Made by a program: the position numbers and the translations under genes
Source: a virus
Length of the DNA stretch: 64,000 bases
Reading direction: 5' to 3' (one strand)
Virus record (IMG/VR): IMGVR_UViG_3300033182_001497
Span: 3,213 to 67,212 of that record
Shown here: positions 28,351 to 39,148 of the stretch, piece after piece
How the letters are laid out: each line of letters starts with the position of its first letter
How positions within the stretch are numbered: the stretch's first letter is position 1
The notes under the pieces: model-generated
What the model was told of the DNA's origin: nothing
Seen by the model: the letters and a program-made list of their open reading frames with translations, nothing else
Database searches by the model: none

Positions 28351-31347
28351 TCAATCTACATTTACATATACTTTAACCAAGCCATCCTTTGTTCCATATT
28401 TTGATGAACTACTAATCGACAAGTTTGCATTGTAATATTTATTTTCAGCGAACAATACAATATCTCCTTGGGATCCTCCAGGATCTACATTTTGAATTCG
28501 ATTTCCATTTTCATCAATAAGATTATACAATAAATCACTTCGATTTACACCCTCAAATACAATTTCTATATACGCTTCTTCGCCACCACCAAGAATGTTT
28601 GTTTTGTTGTTTTGTATAAAAATTTCGTTGATAAAATAATTTGTTTCAATTTTTTCGTTTGGATTGTCCAGAGACCGAATAACTCCATTATTATATTGTA
28701 CAAATGTTCCACCTGGAGAATCAAGCAAATCAAACATATATCCTCCTTCCAATCCGCCAGTAAAATTTTTACGTAGTTTTATTCTTTTATTGTTTAAATC
28801 TATTGTGCCGCCCCTCAAATCTACTGATGCAGAATACGGCGGCAAAACATATTCATAATCAGAAGAAATTAATTGTTTTTTTAGAATCGGAACATCACCC
28901 CCAGATTGTCCAAGAATTTTAAATGTTACTTGTTCCTCTGGAGTAATTGTAGCACTGTATAATGTTACAGCTTTATCGCCCACATTCCTCAAAACCACTC
29001 TTCCTCGAATTGATGTATCTAAACTCAGTTCTTCACCAATATCTTTTCCTTTTATAATCGCTGGAGAAGTGAATAGCAATTCGCCATCTGATTCAATCGG
29101 CGGACCAACTGCATTATCGTAAGCTTGATCGCTTAAATTAAACGGATACTGCTCGAATCGCGCAGATATACTATGATTATTTTTATAATTGTATGTGTGA
29201 CTCCATTCTTGACAAACAAAATTCTGTTTTTTATCGTAAGGAGCTGGCGGCGAAAATGAAAACGGCAAACATCCTAATCGTTGTTCAAGAAAATGTAATA
29301 TTGCATATGCTTCAGTATCACTGCGGTTATTGAATTGCAAATCTAATGTCAACAAACTTTCATTTATTCCATCATCATATATTTGAGTATATCCTTGACC
29401 CATTCCGATTTCATTGAGTCTCGGTTTTTGATTAACATTCAATCCAACAGAAGGTTTCCAGAAAAATTCTCGAGTCCAGTATTCTGTGTTCGTATCTTTA
29501 TGATAACCATCTGCTCGAGTCCAATTTGCTTGCGATTGTGTTGGAGCTTTTCCAGCCGCCGATGAATCGCCGCTCCAATAATAAAAACGCTTGTTATCAA
29601 CATTATAAACAACATCATTTTTTTCGTAATATTCTGTATCTGAATATTCATCTGCAGGAGCAACAAACAATCCGTTTTGCTTTTGAAGAATTGATGAATC
29701 AAGATTTCTTAATTTTACAGCGACATCATTACTATTTTCAAAATTTAAACTATGATTAAAATCACTGCAATAAAATTTCTTTGTTTGTATTTCTGTATTA
29801 TCGTATGGATGAAATGTTGAAGCGCCATCCCATCGAAAACCAGAGATTCCTTGACTATATTTTAAATTTGCAGATGGTCGATCTTGTTCATGTTGACCTT
29901 GATGGTTCTCGAGAAAGTGAATCATAGCATTTGCTTCTCGATTGGTTCTATTTTTAAATTTTAAATCTGCTTCTAATGTTAAACTATTTATATTTTTTGG
30001 CTGAAGAATATAATATCCATTCCCATACTCGTGCTTATGGTTATTAGCGCGAAAACTAACAGTGCTTCCATAATCTGCATCAAAGAAAAATAAATTTTGT
30101 GACCAAGAATCAATGTTGTCGGTGATATTTTTACTATAAGTAGAAAGAGTAATCGTATTATCTCCATATGGCTCATATTGTTTTACAGAATCGATTGAGT
30201 CTTCTCCCTTAATTTGAATTCTAGTTTTCTTGTTCAAGGAAGTTCGGTCTGGCGCAACTTGATTTGGTGGGTTATTTACAATTATTGATGGATCCGCAAT
30301 TTGCTCGAATGTAAAATCGTCATTCATAGCATAGAAATTTCCGTCGGTATTATTTTTTATTATAGCTTTATAATTTTTGAGAAACGCATCTTGCCCCAAC
30401 ACAATCCATTTTACAGAACCTCTTCTTCTAAAGTAGGTAAATTCTGGCAGCGAATCATATGTTGATTGATCTACTTCCAATGTGCTATTATTCCATTCCA
30501 CTGTAACTATATTAGCATCCAACTTTTCTCCAAGATACACAATTGCGCTTGAATAACCGTCTAAATCAAATGGATAATATTGACTATCAGTATTGACTCT
30601 ATAGTCCTCCAATCCAAACCACTCGGTCCAACCTTCTGGCCCCAACGTAGAGTTTTCGGAATCGCCAAGATATACAAATGAATTTTCATTAATGTTTGAT
30701 GATCCAAGACTTGAGTTTGCAGCCCAAAACCACATTCCAATTTCCTGCGGGTAAAACCAAAGCTCTTTTTCTTGATTACCTAATAAAGAAACGAAAGTCC
30801 AACCCCAGAATGCATGATATATTAGATTCTCTCTGTTTTTATAAAATTGACCAACATTTATTTCTTTAGTTTCCCCAAGGTTAGGTTTGAAAAACCAATC
30901 AGATTCATACCAACCATCTCCTAGACTAGTTGCGCTCATAACTGAAAGGAGATTGTTTTCTGCTCCCAAAATGATCTCAACCTCAAAATCTTTTTCGATA
31001 TTGATTATCTGATAATCTCCATCTGATCCTTCTATTGATCCAGATATCGAAATGTTTTGTCCAACAAAAAATTCCTGTCCTTGCGGTGAATTTAAATTAT
31101 CATATATATAATAAGTATCGATGCCATCTTCTACTGGCCCTCCTGGATCGAGCGTAAATCTATTTGCTGCAGATACCTCAACTATTCCAGCAACAGCCAT
31201 ATCTTCTCTGGCATAGTAGAACATCCCGTCTCCAGTATTGTATACAAAGTCAAACTTTTGATAACTTGCTTGCGGATCGTATACTCCGCTATAATTCGAA
31301 ACATTTGTAAGATGCTCGGATTCAAATATATCTAGCAACTCACTCAT
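28351..31347 (-). CDS. Distal tail protein with two tandem gpM-like domains plus inserted and Ig-like domains
   Basis: Two copies of G.GY.Q..P.GIN.L.L.L.F.NR...EA.A..HFLE; FVCQEWSHTY. Confidence 0.8.
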   Translation of the reverse strand: MSELLDIFESEHLTNVSNYSGVYDPQASYQKFDFVYNTGDGMFYYAREDMAVAGIVEVSAANRFTLDPGGPVEDGIDTYYIYDNLNSPQGQEFFVGQNISISGSIEGSDGDYQIINIEKDFEVEIILGAENNLLSVMSATSLGDGWYESDWFFKPNLGETKEINVGQFYKNRENLIYHAFWGWTFVSLLGNQEKELWFYPQEIGMWFWAANSSLGSSNINENSFVYLGDSENSTLGPEGWTEWFGLEDYRVNTDSQYYPFDLDGYSSAIVYLGEKLDANIVTVEWNNSTLEVDQSTYDSLPEFTYFRRRGSVKWIVLGQDAFLKNYKAIIKNNTDGNFYAMNDDFTFEQIADPSIIVNNPPNQVAPDRTSLNKKTRIQIKGEDSIDSVKQYEPYGDNTITLSTYSKNITDNIDSWSQNLFFFDADYGSTVSFRANNHKHEYGNGYYILQPKNINSLTLEADLKFKNRTNREANAMIHFLENHQGQHEQDRPSANLKYSQGISGFRWDGASTFHPYDNTEIQTKKFYCSDFNHSLNFENSNDVAVKLRNLDSSILQKQNGLFVAPADEYSDTEYYEKNDVVYNVDNKRFYYWSGDSSAAGKAPTQSQANWTRADGYHKDTNTEYWTREFFWKPSVGLNVNQKPRLNEIGMGQGYTQIYDDGINESLLTLDLQFNNRSDTEAYAILHFLEQRLGCLPFSFSPPAPYDKKQNFVCQEWSHTYNYKNNHSISARFEQYPFNLSDQAYDNAVGPPIESDGELLFTSPAIIKGKDIGEELSLDTSIRGRVVLRNVGDKAVTLYSATITPEEQVTFKILGQSGGDVPILKKQLISSDYEYVLPPYSASVDLRGGTIDLNNKRIKLRKNFTGGLEGGYMFDLLDSPGGTFVQYNNGVIRSLDNPNEKIETNYFINEIFIQNNKTNILGGGEEAYIEIVFEGVNRSDLLYNLIDENGNRIQNVDPGGSQGDIVLFAENKYYNANLSISSSSKYGTKDGLVKVYVNVD

Positions 31348-32249
31348 TATTTAACGATTTCTTTTATGGTTATAGAACTCGTGGCATGCTGCCCTTCTTG
31401 TATACTCAAAGATTGAGCTTGTATTTTTCCAGATGCAGAAAATCGCGCGATCCTTTCGCCTTCCATCGACATCAAGAAAGCATCTATTCTTGAATCACTC
31501 AACCCAAAAGGAGAATTTACAAGCTGTTGATCGCCGTATGAATTAATTTTTTCGATCATTTCGTTGGATTGAATCTGCATCTCTTTTTCAATATTCTCTA
31601 TCGTTACTCGCACAGGAGAAACTCCGCCAGGAGAAGCGTCAACAGCTGTATTCTCAGCAGAACGTATATGATTATGAGCTTTTCTTCCCACCATTATATT
31701 ATATTTCAAGCTGGCAATCTCAAATTCATCTGCAGATCCTCCACTAGCCACAATACTACCAAATGATTTTAGTCCATGAGCGAAATCAACTTTATTTTTT
31801 TCGAATCTTCTGTCAATGACTTTGGTTATTGATCCATATATATCATAACTTGCAGTAGCTTTTATTATTTGAAATGGACTCAAATCAAACCCAAATGACT
31901 TAAGATACATATTATCAAAACTATATCGTCCAACAATATTTTGATTGATCGGCAACTCACTCATTCCGTCTCTTATTTCAAACATACGATCTACTGTATT
32001 GGGAACACCATCTATAGCAAATGTATCAGCAGAAATATAAAATGATATGTCCAATTGTCCTTTTAAATTTGATGTTGGTGAAAAGTTTATGAATTGTGTT
32101 TTTGCTCCTGCAATTGCAGGATCGTAATCGCCGTATACTCGCTCAACCTCGAGCGATGGCGCGATCGATAAATTTGCGCTATGCACAAGCAGATCTTTTC
32201 CGCCAAGCGCGATCTTACCATCTTCAAATCTTAAAAGTGGACCGCTCAT
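31347..32249 (-). CDS. Tail tube-fold minor tail protein (paralog 3)
   Basis: Two repeated beta-rich halves; lies between tape measure and gpM. Confidence 0.6.
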   Translation of the reverse strand: MSGPLLRFEDGKIALGGKDLLVHSANLSIAPSLEVERVYGDYDPAIAGAKTQFINFSPTSNLKGQLDISFYISADTFAIDGVPNTVDRMFEIRDGMSELPINQNIVGRYSFDNMYLKSFGFDLSPFQIIKATASYDIYGSITKVIDRRFEKNKVDFAHGLKSFGSIVASGGSADEFEIASLKYNIMVGRKAHNHIRSAENTAVDASPGGVSPVRVTIENIEKEMQIQSNEMIEKINSYGDQQLVNSPFGLSDSRIDAFLMSMEGERIARFSASGKIQAQSLSIQEGQHATSSITIKEIVK

Positions 32250-33127
32250 GATACAGGATTATGTAGTGTTTCATATCCCTTGTATGTCAACGATATGGTC
32301 ATTTCACCCTCAACAGTACTACCAATACTCTCGCTAATCAAACGAACATTTTGTCCAACATAACTGTTGATAATTTCAGTTGGCGCTTGTGCATCAAATA
32401 TATCAATACGTACATCACTTTTCGGTGCAGCTTGTATACGATCTTTTATTTCGCGAATTTCATAACTATCAGCAATGATAGTAAAATTAATATCAACTTC
32501 TATAGGATATTGTGTGTCTATTTGTATTGGATCTAAATTTTTTGTACCTGCTGTGCCTGCGTTCCAATCGGCAAGATCGCCTTTTGGCAGAGCATATACT
32601 GGTGTTGTATTTATTGCGCGGCTGTAACTAAAGTCGCTGATTGCGTCAATTGTAAAATCGCTTACTGTGACGCGCATGCTTGATTGATCAGGAAACTTTA
32701 TGGGTGGAGGGTCAACGGTTGTTTGATTCTTGGCCACATCCTTGCCGAGACTTCCATACACAGTGATTTCTGTCTGTATCTCAGGAATATCGCCAACACT
32801 ACAACTCACACTATATCTTGAAACGCGTCCTTTTGTGAATCCAAATCCTTTGGTATCGTTGTTGTAAAGTATAACTCCCTCGATTTGCGCTTCGTCGTAA
32901 ATATATTTTCCCTGAGAATTTTTCTCGATCAATGGATCTGCGCCGACCATTCTGCGTGAGATGCTAAAATTGCCCTGCAGAGGACTTTCAATCAGTGCGT
33001 CGATAAATCCGACACCTGCGACACGAACAGGTTTTTCGCTTATTCCATAATTGCCATCAACACTTTGAACACCTAGCAATCGATGACCATTGATTATTAC
33101 TGTTTGTTCGTAGTTGGAATAGCTCAT
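32246..33127 (-). CDS. Tail tube-fold minor tail protein (paralog 4)
   Basis: GVQSVDGNY and SRYSVSCSVGDIP resemble RVQSANY and SNYSIEAAVGGMP of the major tube protein. Confidence 0.65.
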   Translation of the reverse strand: MSYSNYEQTVIINGHRLLGVQSVDGNYGISEKPVRVAGVGFIDALIESPLQGNFSISRRMVGADPLIEKNSQGKYIYDEAQIEGVILYNNDTKGFGFTKGRVSRYSVSCSVGDIPEIQTEITVYGSLGKDVAKNQTTVDPPPIKFPDQSSMRVTVSDFTIDAISDFSYSRAINTTPVYALPKGDLADWNAGTAGTKNLDPIQIDTQYPIEVDINFTIIADSYEIREIKDRIQAAPKSDVRIDIFDAQAPTEIINSYVGQNVRLISESIGSTVEGEMTISLTYKGYETLHNPVS

Positions 33128-33129
33128 GA

Positions 33130-36100
33130 TTATTCACTCAATAATCCTCCTGGGCGTTGTTCTTCTACAATCACTGCGACAACTTGTTGCTTGATTCGCT
33201 CGGCCAATTGAGCATTATTTTGTTCATCGCTTGAACGATCTGCAGGATTTTGGCCTGAGTTGTCTTGTGATTGGTTTTCTTTTTTGGAACCGCTGCCGCG
33301 TTCCATGTTGATTGAAATGTTTATGTTGTTTGTGTTACCACCAGAAGATGCAGTTTCACTGCTTCCCATGAGTTCGCTTACTGCGCCGCCAGCATTGAAC
33401 TTTCCTGCGTTGATACGATCAAGCATCGGCTTGCCGAGCTGACGAGCACTGCTTGCACGAATAACATATTCTCCCTCGCTGAGCATTGCAGGAATTTGGT
33501 CGATTCCAGATTTTCCCGAGATGTATCCGCCGCTAGCGTATTTACGGATTGGACCGCCCCTGCTTTGACCCTTATATAAATCTTCTACAAAATTATTAAC
33601 AAGAACATTCTCTTGTATATTTCTTCCCAGAAACCCCTTTTCTCCCAAAAAATTAAAACCTTTAGATATGCCCGCTCCAGCAACAATTCCAACTAGAGAT
33701 CCTATCAATTGTCTACGCTTTGCTTTTTTAGCTTGTCGACGTGCCTCTGCTTCTTGACGCTTGCGTTCTTCTTCTTGAAGAATACCCATGATTGTACTAG
33801 TGTCTTCACTCAATCCAACATTACCAGATTGACTGTAAAAGAATCCGCTCATTGCTCGGCTTTGATATGCTCTCCCAGATTCATATCCTCGACCGCCACC
33901 AAAGTTTGCGGCGAGTGCAGATCCAGGCGCGCCGCCATTGCTATAACCAGGTATTTTTCCTCCTGCATTCAAGCCGTGCATGAATGCGCCACCGTATTTA
34001 GCAACCGCATCGCGACCCATCACATACTCTCCATTACTCACCATCGCAGGCACTCCTCCGCCACGAGAATAGTTACGTACATTTCCGCCTCGCGAAAATC
34101 CCATCGCGCCAACAATGCTGTACGCCGCTTTTTGCATCATCGCTTTTTGTATCATGCCAAGGAAACTAATCGCGGCATCTGTTAATGCGTCTTTTATATT
34201 TTTTGTACCATTTAATGCTTCGGTCATTGCGTTGGCCATGCCATCTGCGAAAGCGTAGGGGATTTGTTGACCGAGTTGATAGTCCATTCTCGCAACTTGC
34301 TTATTCATATCAGCAAAACCTTTTTCCATACCTCTACCAAAAGCACCCGGGCCAGTTTGTTGACGATACAATTCTTTTGCTATCTCCTCTTGAGTTTTTG
34401 CGCGATCTTCTTCTATATCTAAAACAGACTGAGCCTTTTCTTTTAATATTCTATACGCTTCGTTTTGATTGTCAAGAAATTCAATCATTTGATATCTTTT
34501 TGAATTCTCAGAAGTATTTCCTTCACTTAAATTATCTGCAATTTCTTGAGCTATAGACTCCTGCTCTTCTCTCGAGTAAGATTGAAAATCTTTTATTGAT
34601 TTACCTTTTCCCTGCATTACTTGCATAAATTCACCCTTATATTCTTGGCCAGACAGCATATCAAATAAAGCCTTAGATCTATCAAACCCTCCTCTACTTA
34701 TAGATTCGTTATATACTTTAGTTGCGTTCAATAAGGCTTTTTCATATTGCATACTAGCTTTTTCAATGTCGCTCATTAGGTGCCCTTGAGTAGCAGTATA
34801 ATAATCCATTTCGTTAGATATTCTTGAATAAGTTTCAGATGCGGACATCATTTTTTTATTAAAAGCGTCTTGAGCAGAGAGCATAGCCTGCTCTTTCTTC
34901 AATCTAAGTATAACGGCTTTATTATAATTATTTTGATTATTTGCCTGTTGCTGAAGGCTTGCATATAAAGTGTCCCATAAAGCTTTTATTTTATCTTGAT
35001 CTTCACTCTCAAATATTTTTAATTGATCTAATATTTCTTTACCGGAAATATTCGTTTTACCAAATACCTCTTTAAAATCGGGACTTGCAAACATTTCTGT
35101 CTCGGAGCCTCCAAACATACTTCTTATAACTTTGGCTTTTCCGCTAATTCCCACGTTCTTCTTCCCTGTCTCCAGGTCGCTAATCGCTTGATTTATTTGA
35201 TCTCTTGTAAGCCCGGCATCTTCAGCTCGTTTAGTTTGTTGGTTTGAATCAAACCTCGCCTCGTCTTGAGATGACTGTAATAAATACCTCTGTTTATCAA
35301 TTTGTTCGTCATAAACTGCGGACACTTCTTTCTCTAATTTTGACATTTCATCAAATGCATCCAAATATGTTGTTCCATACCTTGAGAATCTAAATTCTTT
35401 ACCAGGATCCGATGCAGAGGCTAGCATACTAGCCGCAATCGTATCGGCATCTATTTTTCCACCTAAAGCCCCCAATGGACTTGCAGCAGTTTTACCTGTA
35501 AAAGCCTGAGCTAAACCTGCAGCCAAAGCCATATCTTTAGCTCGTGTAGCAGCTTCGGCAGCAGCTCGATCTGCTTTTGCTTTTTCTAATGCAGCTTCTT
35601 TTGCGTCATTGAAACCAGACACCATGCCATATATTCCCCCAGCTACTGCACCTATTACAGTGCCTATTCCAGGCAATATCATACCCAAACTAGCTCCTGT
35701 AGATGCTCCCATTAAACCGCCGCTCAGAGTACCACCAACCCTACTGGTTGGGTCATCACCCCCAACATATCCAGCTATCATAGGAAGGCCCATCATTAAA
35801 GCCATGCTTCCCATTCCCTCCATGCGTCCACCTCTGGCCGCAGCAGCTCCTCTTGCTTGTGCAGAAGTATTTGCGTTAGTTGCTAAGGTATTCTTTTGTT
35901 TTGAGACCGTATTAGCTTGCTTTGTTGTGGTATTTTTTTGTATTTCTTGGGTGTTTCTTTTTGAAATTTTATTCGCCTTATCCTGCCCAGCCTTACTCAA
36001 TTCAATAGATTTGCCATTCTTCTTTTGTTTTTTAATGATTTTATCTATTTCTTTCCTGTAGTCTTCCTCTGAATAAATTGAAGCATCAATACTTTGAATT

Positions 36101-39100
36101 TGTTCGTTGATTTTTTTTGCGAGAGCTTGTCGTTCTTTGCGAATTCCGGCATCTTTATGTATATCTCCAGCTGTAAATTCTTGTGCATAATTCGGCACAA
36201 ATCCATTTGCGCCAAACACATCGCGTAAGCCGTTTGGTTCATCATATGTATTGGTTACGCCGAGGCCGAGGGGATTGCCCTTACTCACGAGTGCATTGTG
36301 AGATCCTACGCGAATTTGAGATACAGGAACACCTGCAGCTTTTTCTCGACCTATTGCATCTGATAATGGATCGGCGAAGTTGGGAACAAATCCTTTTGCC
36401 GCAGCATTTAAAACTTTTTTTGGAATATCTCCCAGTCTTGCGGCATTAAGATCTTTTTTGGCCTCAATAAATCGTCTTTTACCTATTCCCATAAAATTTT
36501 CTGAAAGACGTTGTGCATTGTCTCCCATAAAATCAAATGCTCTTTGTTGTTCGGCTCCAGTCAAGGCTTTATTATTCAAAGCTCCTCTTACTCCAGCTTC
36601 GAATAAAGCGCCTAATGCCGACCCGTCAGGAAGAACATGTTTTTCCAATACGTTAGTTCCTTTGCTTTTAGAACCGAATAATTTTTGACCAATTTTTGAA
36701 GAAAATTTATCAAATCCAGAACCAATAGATCTTTTTAAAGCTGCTTTTAAAGTGTCCGCGCCAACTGCTTTTTCCATTCGCTCCGCATCGTCTTCTGAAA
36801 CTGCATATACAGCTTTTGTTGGTAGAGTTGCTGTTACTTTTCGCTTCCAATGATCGGAATTTTTATCTGGCATTTTATCTAAACCATATTTTCTACCTCT
36901 TATAGATTTCATATAAGGAAGTAACTTCTTTCTAACCTCTTGGGGTAAAGACCCAAAGGATTGACTATAAGTTATTGGCTCTGTTGGGCCTTCTTTTCCA
37001 TAACCCAAAAGAACCCCCATATCTTTGATTTTTTGCTTGGTTAAGGGTATTTGATTTAAATTTAGGGGTATGCTCGCTAAATCGCTTGTAAACGACAATG
37101 TTGTTTTCTTTATATTTCCGCTTGCAATCAATTTATCGACCTCGCTTGACTTCCATCTCGACAAATCCACCTCTTCTCCTACCCCAGTTAATAAACCTTT
37201 GTCTCTGCTGTTTTTCAACACTGTATATCTCGAAAAATTAGGTATATATCCTCCCGCAGCATATGGATCGAATCCATGTATACTACCAAATGCTTGTTGA
37301 TAGTTTTTTCCAGCTTTGCTGGATTGAGGTGGCATGATCGCGGGCTGCTTAAAGCCTGCGAAATTTTTGACTGTTTCTGCGCTGTTATATACAATCGAAC
37401 CTTCGCCGGGCATATTCATTGTGCGAATACTTCCTGCCGCATAACCGCCTTTCGCTGCTTGAGCTCGCTCTGGATCTGCAAAGTTTGGAATATGTCCGTA
37501 TGCACGACGCTTACCTTGAGTTAAGCCTGGGCCATATCCTCGAGTATATAAAGTAGCCGCTAATTTTTGACTTACAGCATTTAATCTTTCTGCTTCTGCG
37601 GTTTGCATTTTGAGCAAGCCAAGCAGTATTTTTTCTTTTTCAGTTCTTGAAATGTCAGTGCGCAACATTTCTTTTCCAAGAGCAGCATTTTGACCTATCA
37701 GTGCAACTAAACTGGTTTGGATAGCTTTCTGTTTTTGAGCTTCAGTGGTAACACCAATCAGCGAGCTTAAACTTTCTTTTGTAAACTTGGCAGCAGTCAT
37801 GAATAATTTAACAAAGACAGTTGTTAAAATCACCAACCCTGGACCAGTTATGATATTACCTATACCTTTTAAAAATCCTGTTGCAAATTTATTTCCCACC
37901 CCTTCTCCATCACCCAATACTCCACTTAATCCCTCAGCTAAACTTTTTACTGTGTTTAATATTTTTTCCATTCCAGGAGCAAGAGCAATTTCTCCAATTT
38001 GAGTACTTACTTGCTTGATGGCCAAACCTGTCTCTGTGGCCATAGCACTCATTGTTTCTCTTAATTGTTGATTTTTTTGTACAGCTTCATCTGTGGCGCT
38101 AGAAGATATTTCTGTAGCTCTAGCAAGGATGCCGTTTTGTTTTGCTGCGTCACTCAATACGGCTTTCAAAATATTGATATGAAACAATCCGCCCATAGTT
38201 TGAGTGATCTGCGCTTTTTGTGCTTCACTGAGAGTATCAAATGTATTGGCTAGATCAGAAAGTATTCGTTTTGCTCCGATTGTATTTCCCTCGAGGTCTC
38301 TAACGGCAATACCCAAATCTTCTAATTGATTTAGCGTGTCGGTGCGACCTGTTTTTGTGAAAATGGTTTTTAAGGCATTACCAATAACGGCACCACCACG
38401 AGCGGTTTGTTGTTGTGCCGAGGTTACAATACCAATCAGTTCATCGATATCAACACCTGCACTTTTTGCAGCCTGACCAGTACGAGAAATAGCTGCGGCA
38501 AAATCTTCTGCACTTACCGCAAATTGAACGTCGACTGCAGCAAACTTACTAACAAGCTGAGTAGTATCTTTGATTTGATTACCGTAAGTATTCATTGCAG
38601 CAGTTAAAGATTTTACTGCTTCGGCAGAATCCATACCAGTCAATCGAGTAAGAATCAATGCGTCTCTCGTTCTCTTTAAAGATTCCTCCATACTCAAACC
38701 TTGACGAGCATATTCGGTGGCAGCATCTGCAGCAACTCTAAAAGCTGCCCCAGTTTCTTTCGCTACCTTAAATAATCCATCACCAAACTTGTCAAGGTTC
38801 TGAGCGCTGAGTCCCATCACCACATTGATGTCTGCCATGGATTTTTCAACCTCCACCATGTTACGCACCATTCCCTTGAATGCATCTGCAACACCATTGA
38901 TGATCGCCATACTAGCACCGAACGCCAAGATACGAGCATTCGCAGCTTCCATTGATTTGCTGAACTCGTCAGCGGCGCGCTTCATGTTGCCCAGAGGTTG
39001 GGTAGCACCCTTATCATCAACTGTAATTTTGATGGGTTGTCGGCGAATTCTATTTATAGCCGCTTGTACCGCCGCTTCTAGCGGCTTGGTATTACCATGT

Positions 39101-39120
39101 ACGTCAAGATCTATCGCCAT
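33130..39120 (-). CDS. Tail tape measure protein
   Basis: TP901-type core (VEKSMADINVV...AEAVKSLTAAMNTY), Gly-zipper segment, C-terminal PAMLSEGEYVI. Confidence 0.95.
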   Translation of the reverse strand: MAIDLDVHGNTKPLEAAVQAAINRIRRQPIKITVDDKGATQPLGNMKRAADEFSKSMEAANARILAFGASMAIINGVADAFKGMVRNMVEVEKSMADINVVMGLSAQNLDKFGDGLFKVAKETGAAFRVAADAATEYARQGLSMEESLKRTRDALILTRLTGMDSAEAVKSLTAAMNTYGNQIKDTTQLVSKFAAVDVQFAVSAEDFAAAISRTGQAAKSAGVDIDELIGIVTSAQQQTARGGAVIGNALKTIFTKTGRTDTLNQLEDLGIAVRDLEGNTIGAKRILSDLANTFDTLSEAQKAQITQTMGGLFHINILKAVLSDAAKQNGILARATEISSSATDEAVQKNQQLRETMSAMATETGLAIKQVSTQIGEIALAPGMEKILNTVKSLAEGLSGVLGDGEGVGNKFATGFLKGIGNIITGPGLVILTTVFVKLFMTAAKFTKESLSSLIGVTTEAQKQKAIQTSLVALIGQNAALGKEMLRTDISRTEKEKILLGLLKMQTAEAERLNAVSQKLAATLYTRGYGPGLTQGKRRAYGHIPNFADPERAQAAKGGYAAGSIRTMNMPGEGSIVYNSAETVKNFAGFKQPAIMPPQSSKAGKNYQQAFGSIHGFDPYAAGGYIPNFSRYTVLKNSRDKGLLTGVGEEVDLSRWKSSEVDKLIASGNIKKTTLSFTSDLASIPLNLNQIPLTKQKIKDMGVLLGYGKEGPTEPITYSQSFGSLPQEVRKKLLPYMKSIRGRKYGLDKMPDKNSDHWKRKVTATLPTKAVYAVSEDDAERMEKAVGADTLKAALKRSIGSGFDKFSSKIGQKLFGSKSKGTNVLEKHVLPDGSALGALFEAGVRGALNNKALTGAEQQRAFDFMGDNAQRLSENFMGIGKRRFIEAKKDLNAARLGDIPKKVLNAAAKGFVPNFADPLSDAIGREKAAGVPVSQIRVGSHNALVSKGNPLGLGVTNTYDEPNGLRDVFGANGFVPNYAQEFTAGDIHKDAGIRKERQALAKKINEQIQSIDASIYSEEDYRKEIDKIIKKQKKNGKSIELSKAGQDKANKISKRNTQEIQKNTTTKQANTVSKQKNTLATNANTSAQARGAAAARGGRMEGMGSMALMMGLPMIAGYVGGDDPTSRVGGTLSGGLMGASTGASLGMILPGIGTVIGAVAGGIYGMVSGFNDAKEAALEKAKADRAAAEAATRAKDMALAAGLAQAFTGKTAASPLGALGGKIDADTIAASMLASASDPGKEFRFSRYGTTYLDAFDEMSKLEKEVSAVYDEQIDKQRYLLQSSQDEARFDSNQQTKRAEDAGLTRDQINQAISDLETGKKNVGISGKAKVIRSMFGGSETEMFASPDFKEVFGKTNISGKEILDQLKIFESEDQDKIKALWDTLYASLQQQANNQNNYNKAVILRLKKEQAMLSAQDAFNKKMMSASETYSRISNEMDYYTATQGHLMSDIEKASMQYEKALLNATKVYNESISRGGFDRSKALFDMLSGQEYKGEFMQVMQGKGKSIKDFQSYSREEQESIAQEIADNLSEGNTSENSKRYQMIEFLDNQNEAYRILKEKAQSVLDIEEDRAKTQEEIAKELYRQQTGPGAFGRGMEKGFADMNKQVARMDYQLGQQIPYAFADGMANAMTEALNGTKNIKDALTDAAISFLGMIQKAMMQKAAYSIVGAMGFSRGGNVRNYSRGGGVPAMVSNGEYVMGRDAVAKYGGAFMHGLNAGGKIPGYSNGGAPGSALAANFGGGRGYESGRAYQSRAMSGFFYSQSGNVGLSEDTSTIMGILQEEERKRQEAEARRQAKKAKRRQLIGSLVGIVAGAGISKGFNFLGEKGFLGRNIQENVLVNNFVEDLYKGQSRGGPIRKYASGGYISGKSGIDQIPAMLSEGEYVIRASSARQLGKPMLDRINAGKFNAGGAVSELMGSSETASSGGNTNNINISINMERGSGSKKENQSQDNSGQNPADRSSDEQNNAQLAERIKQQVVAVIVEEQRPGGLLSE

Positions 39121-39148
39121 ATTACCTTATTCCTTGTTCAAGGTAATA
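39120..39148 (-). promoter_or_regulatory. 9-bp stem-loop sequestering the SD-like AAGGU and the A of the tape-measure AUG
   Basis: mRNA UAUUACCUU-gaacaaggaau-AAGGUAAUA(UG). Confidence 0.7.
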
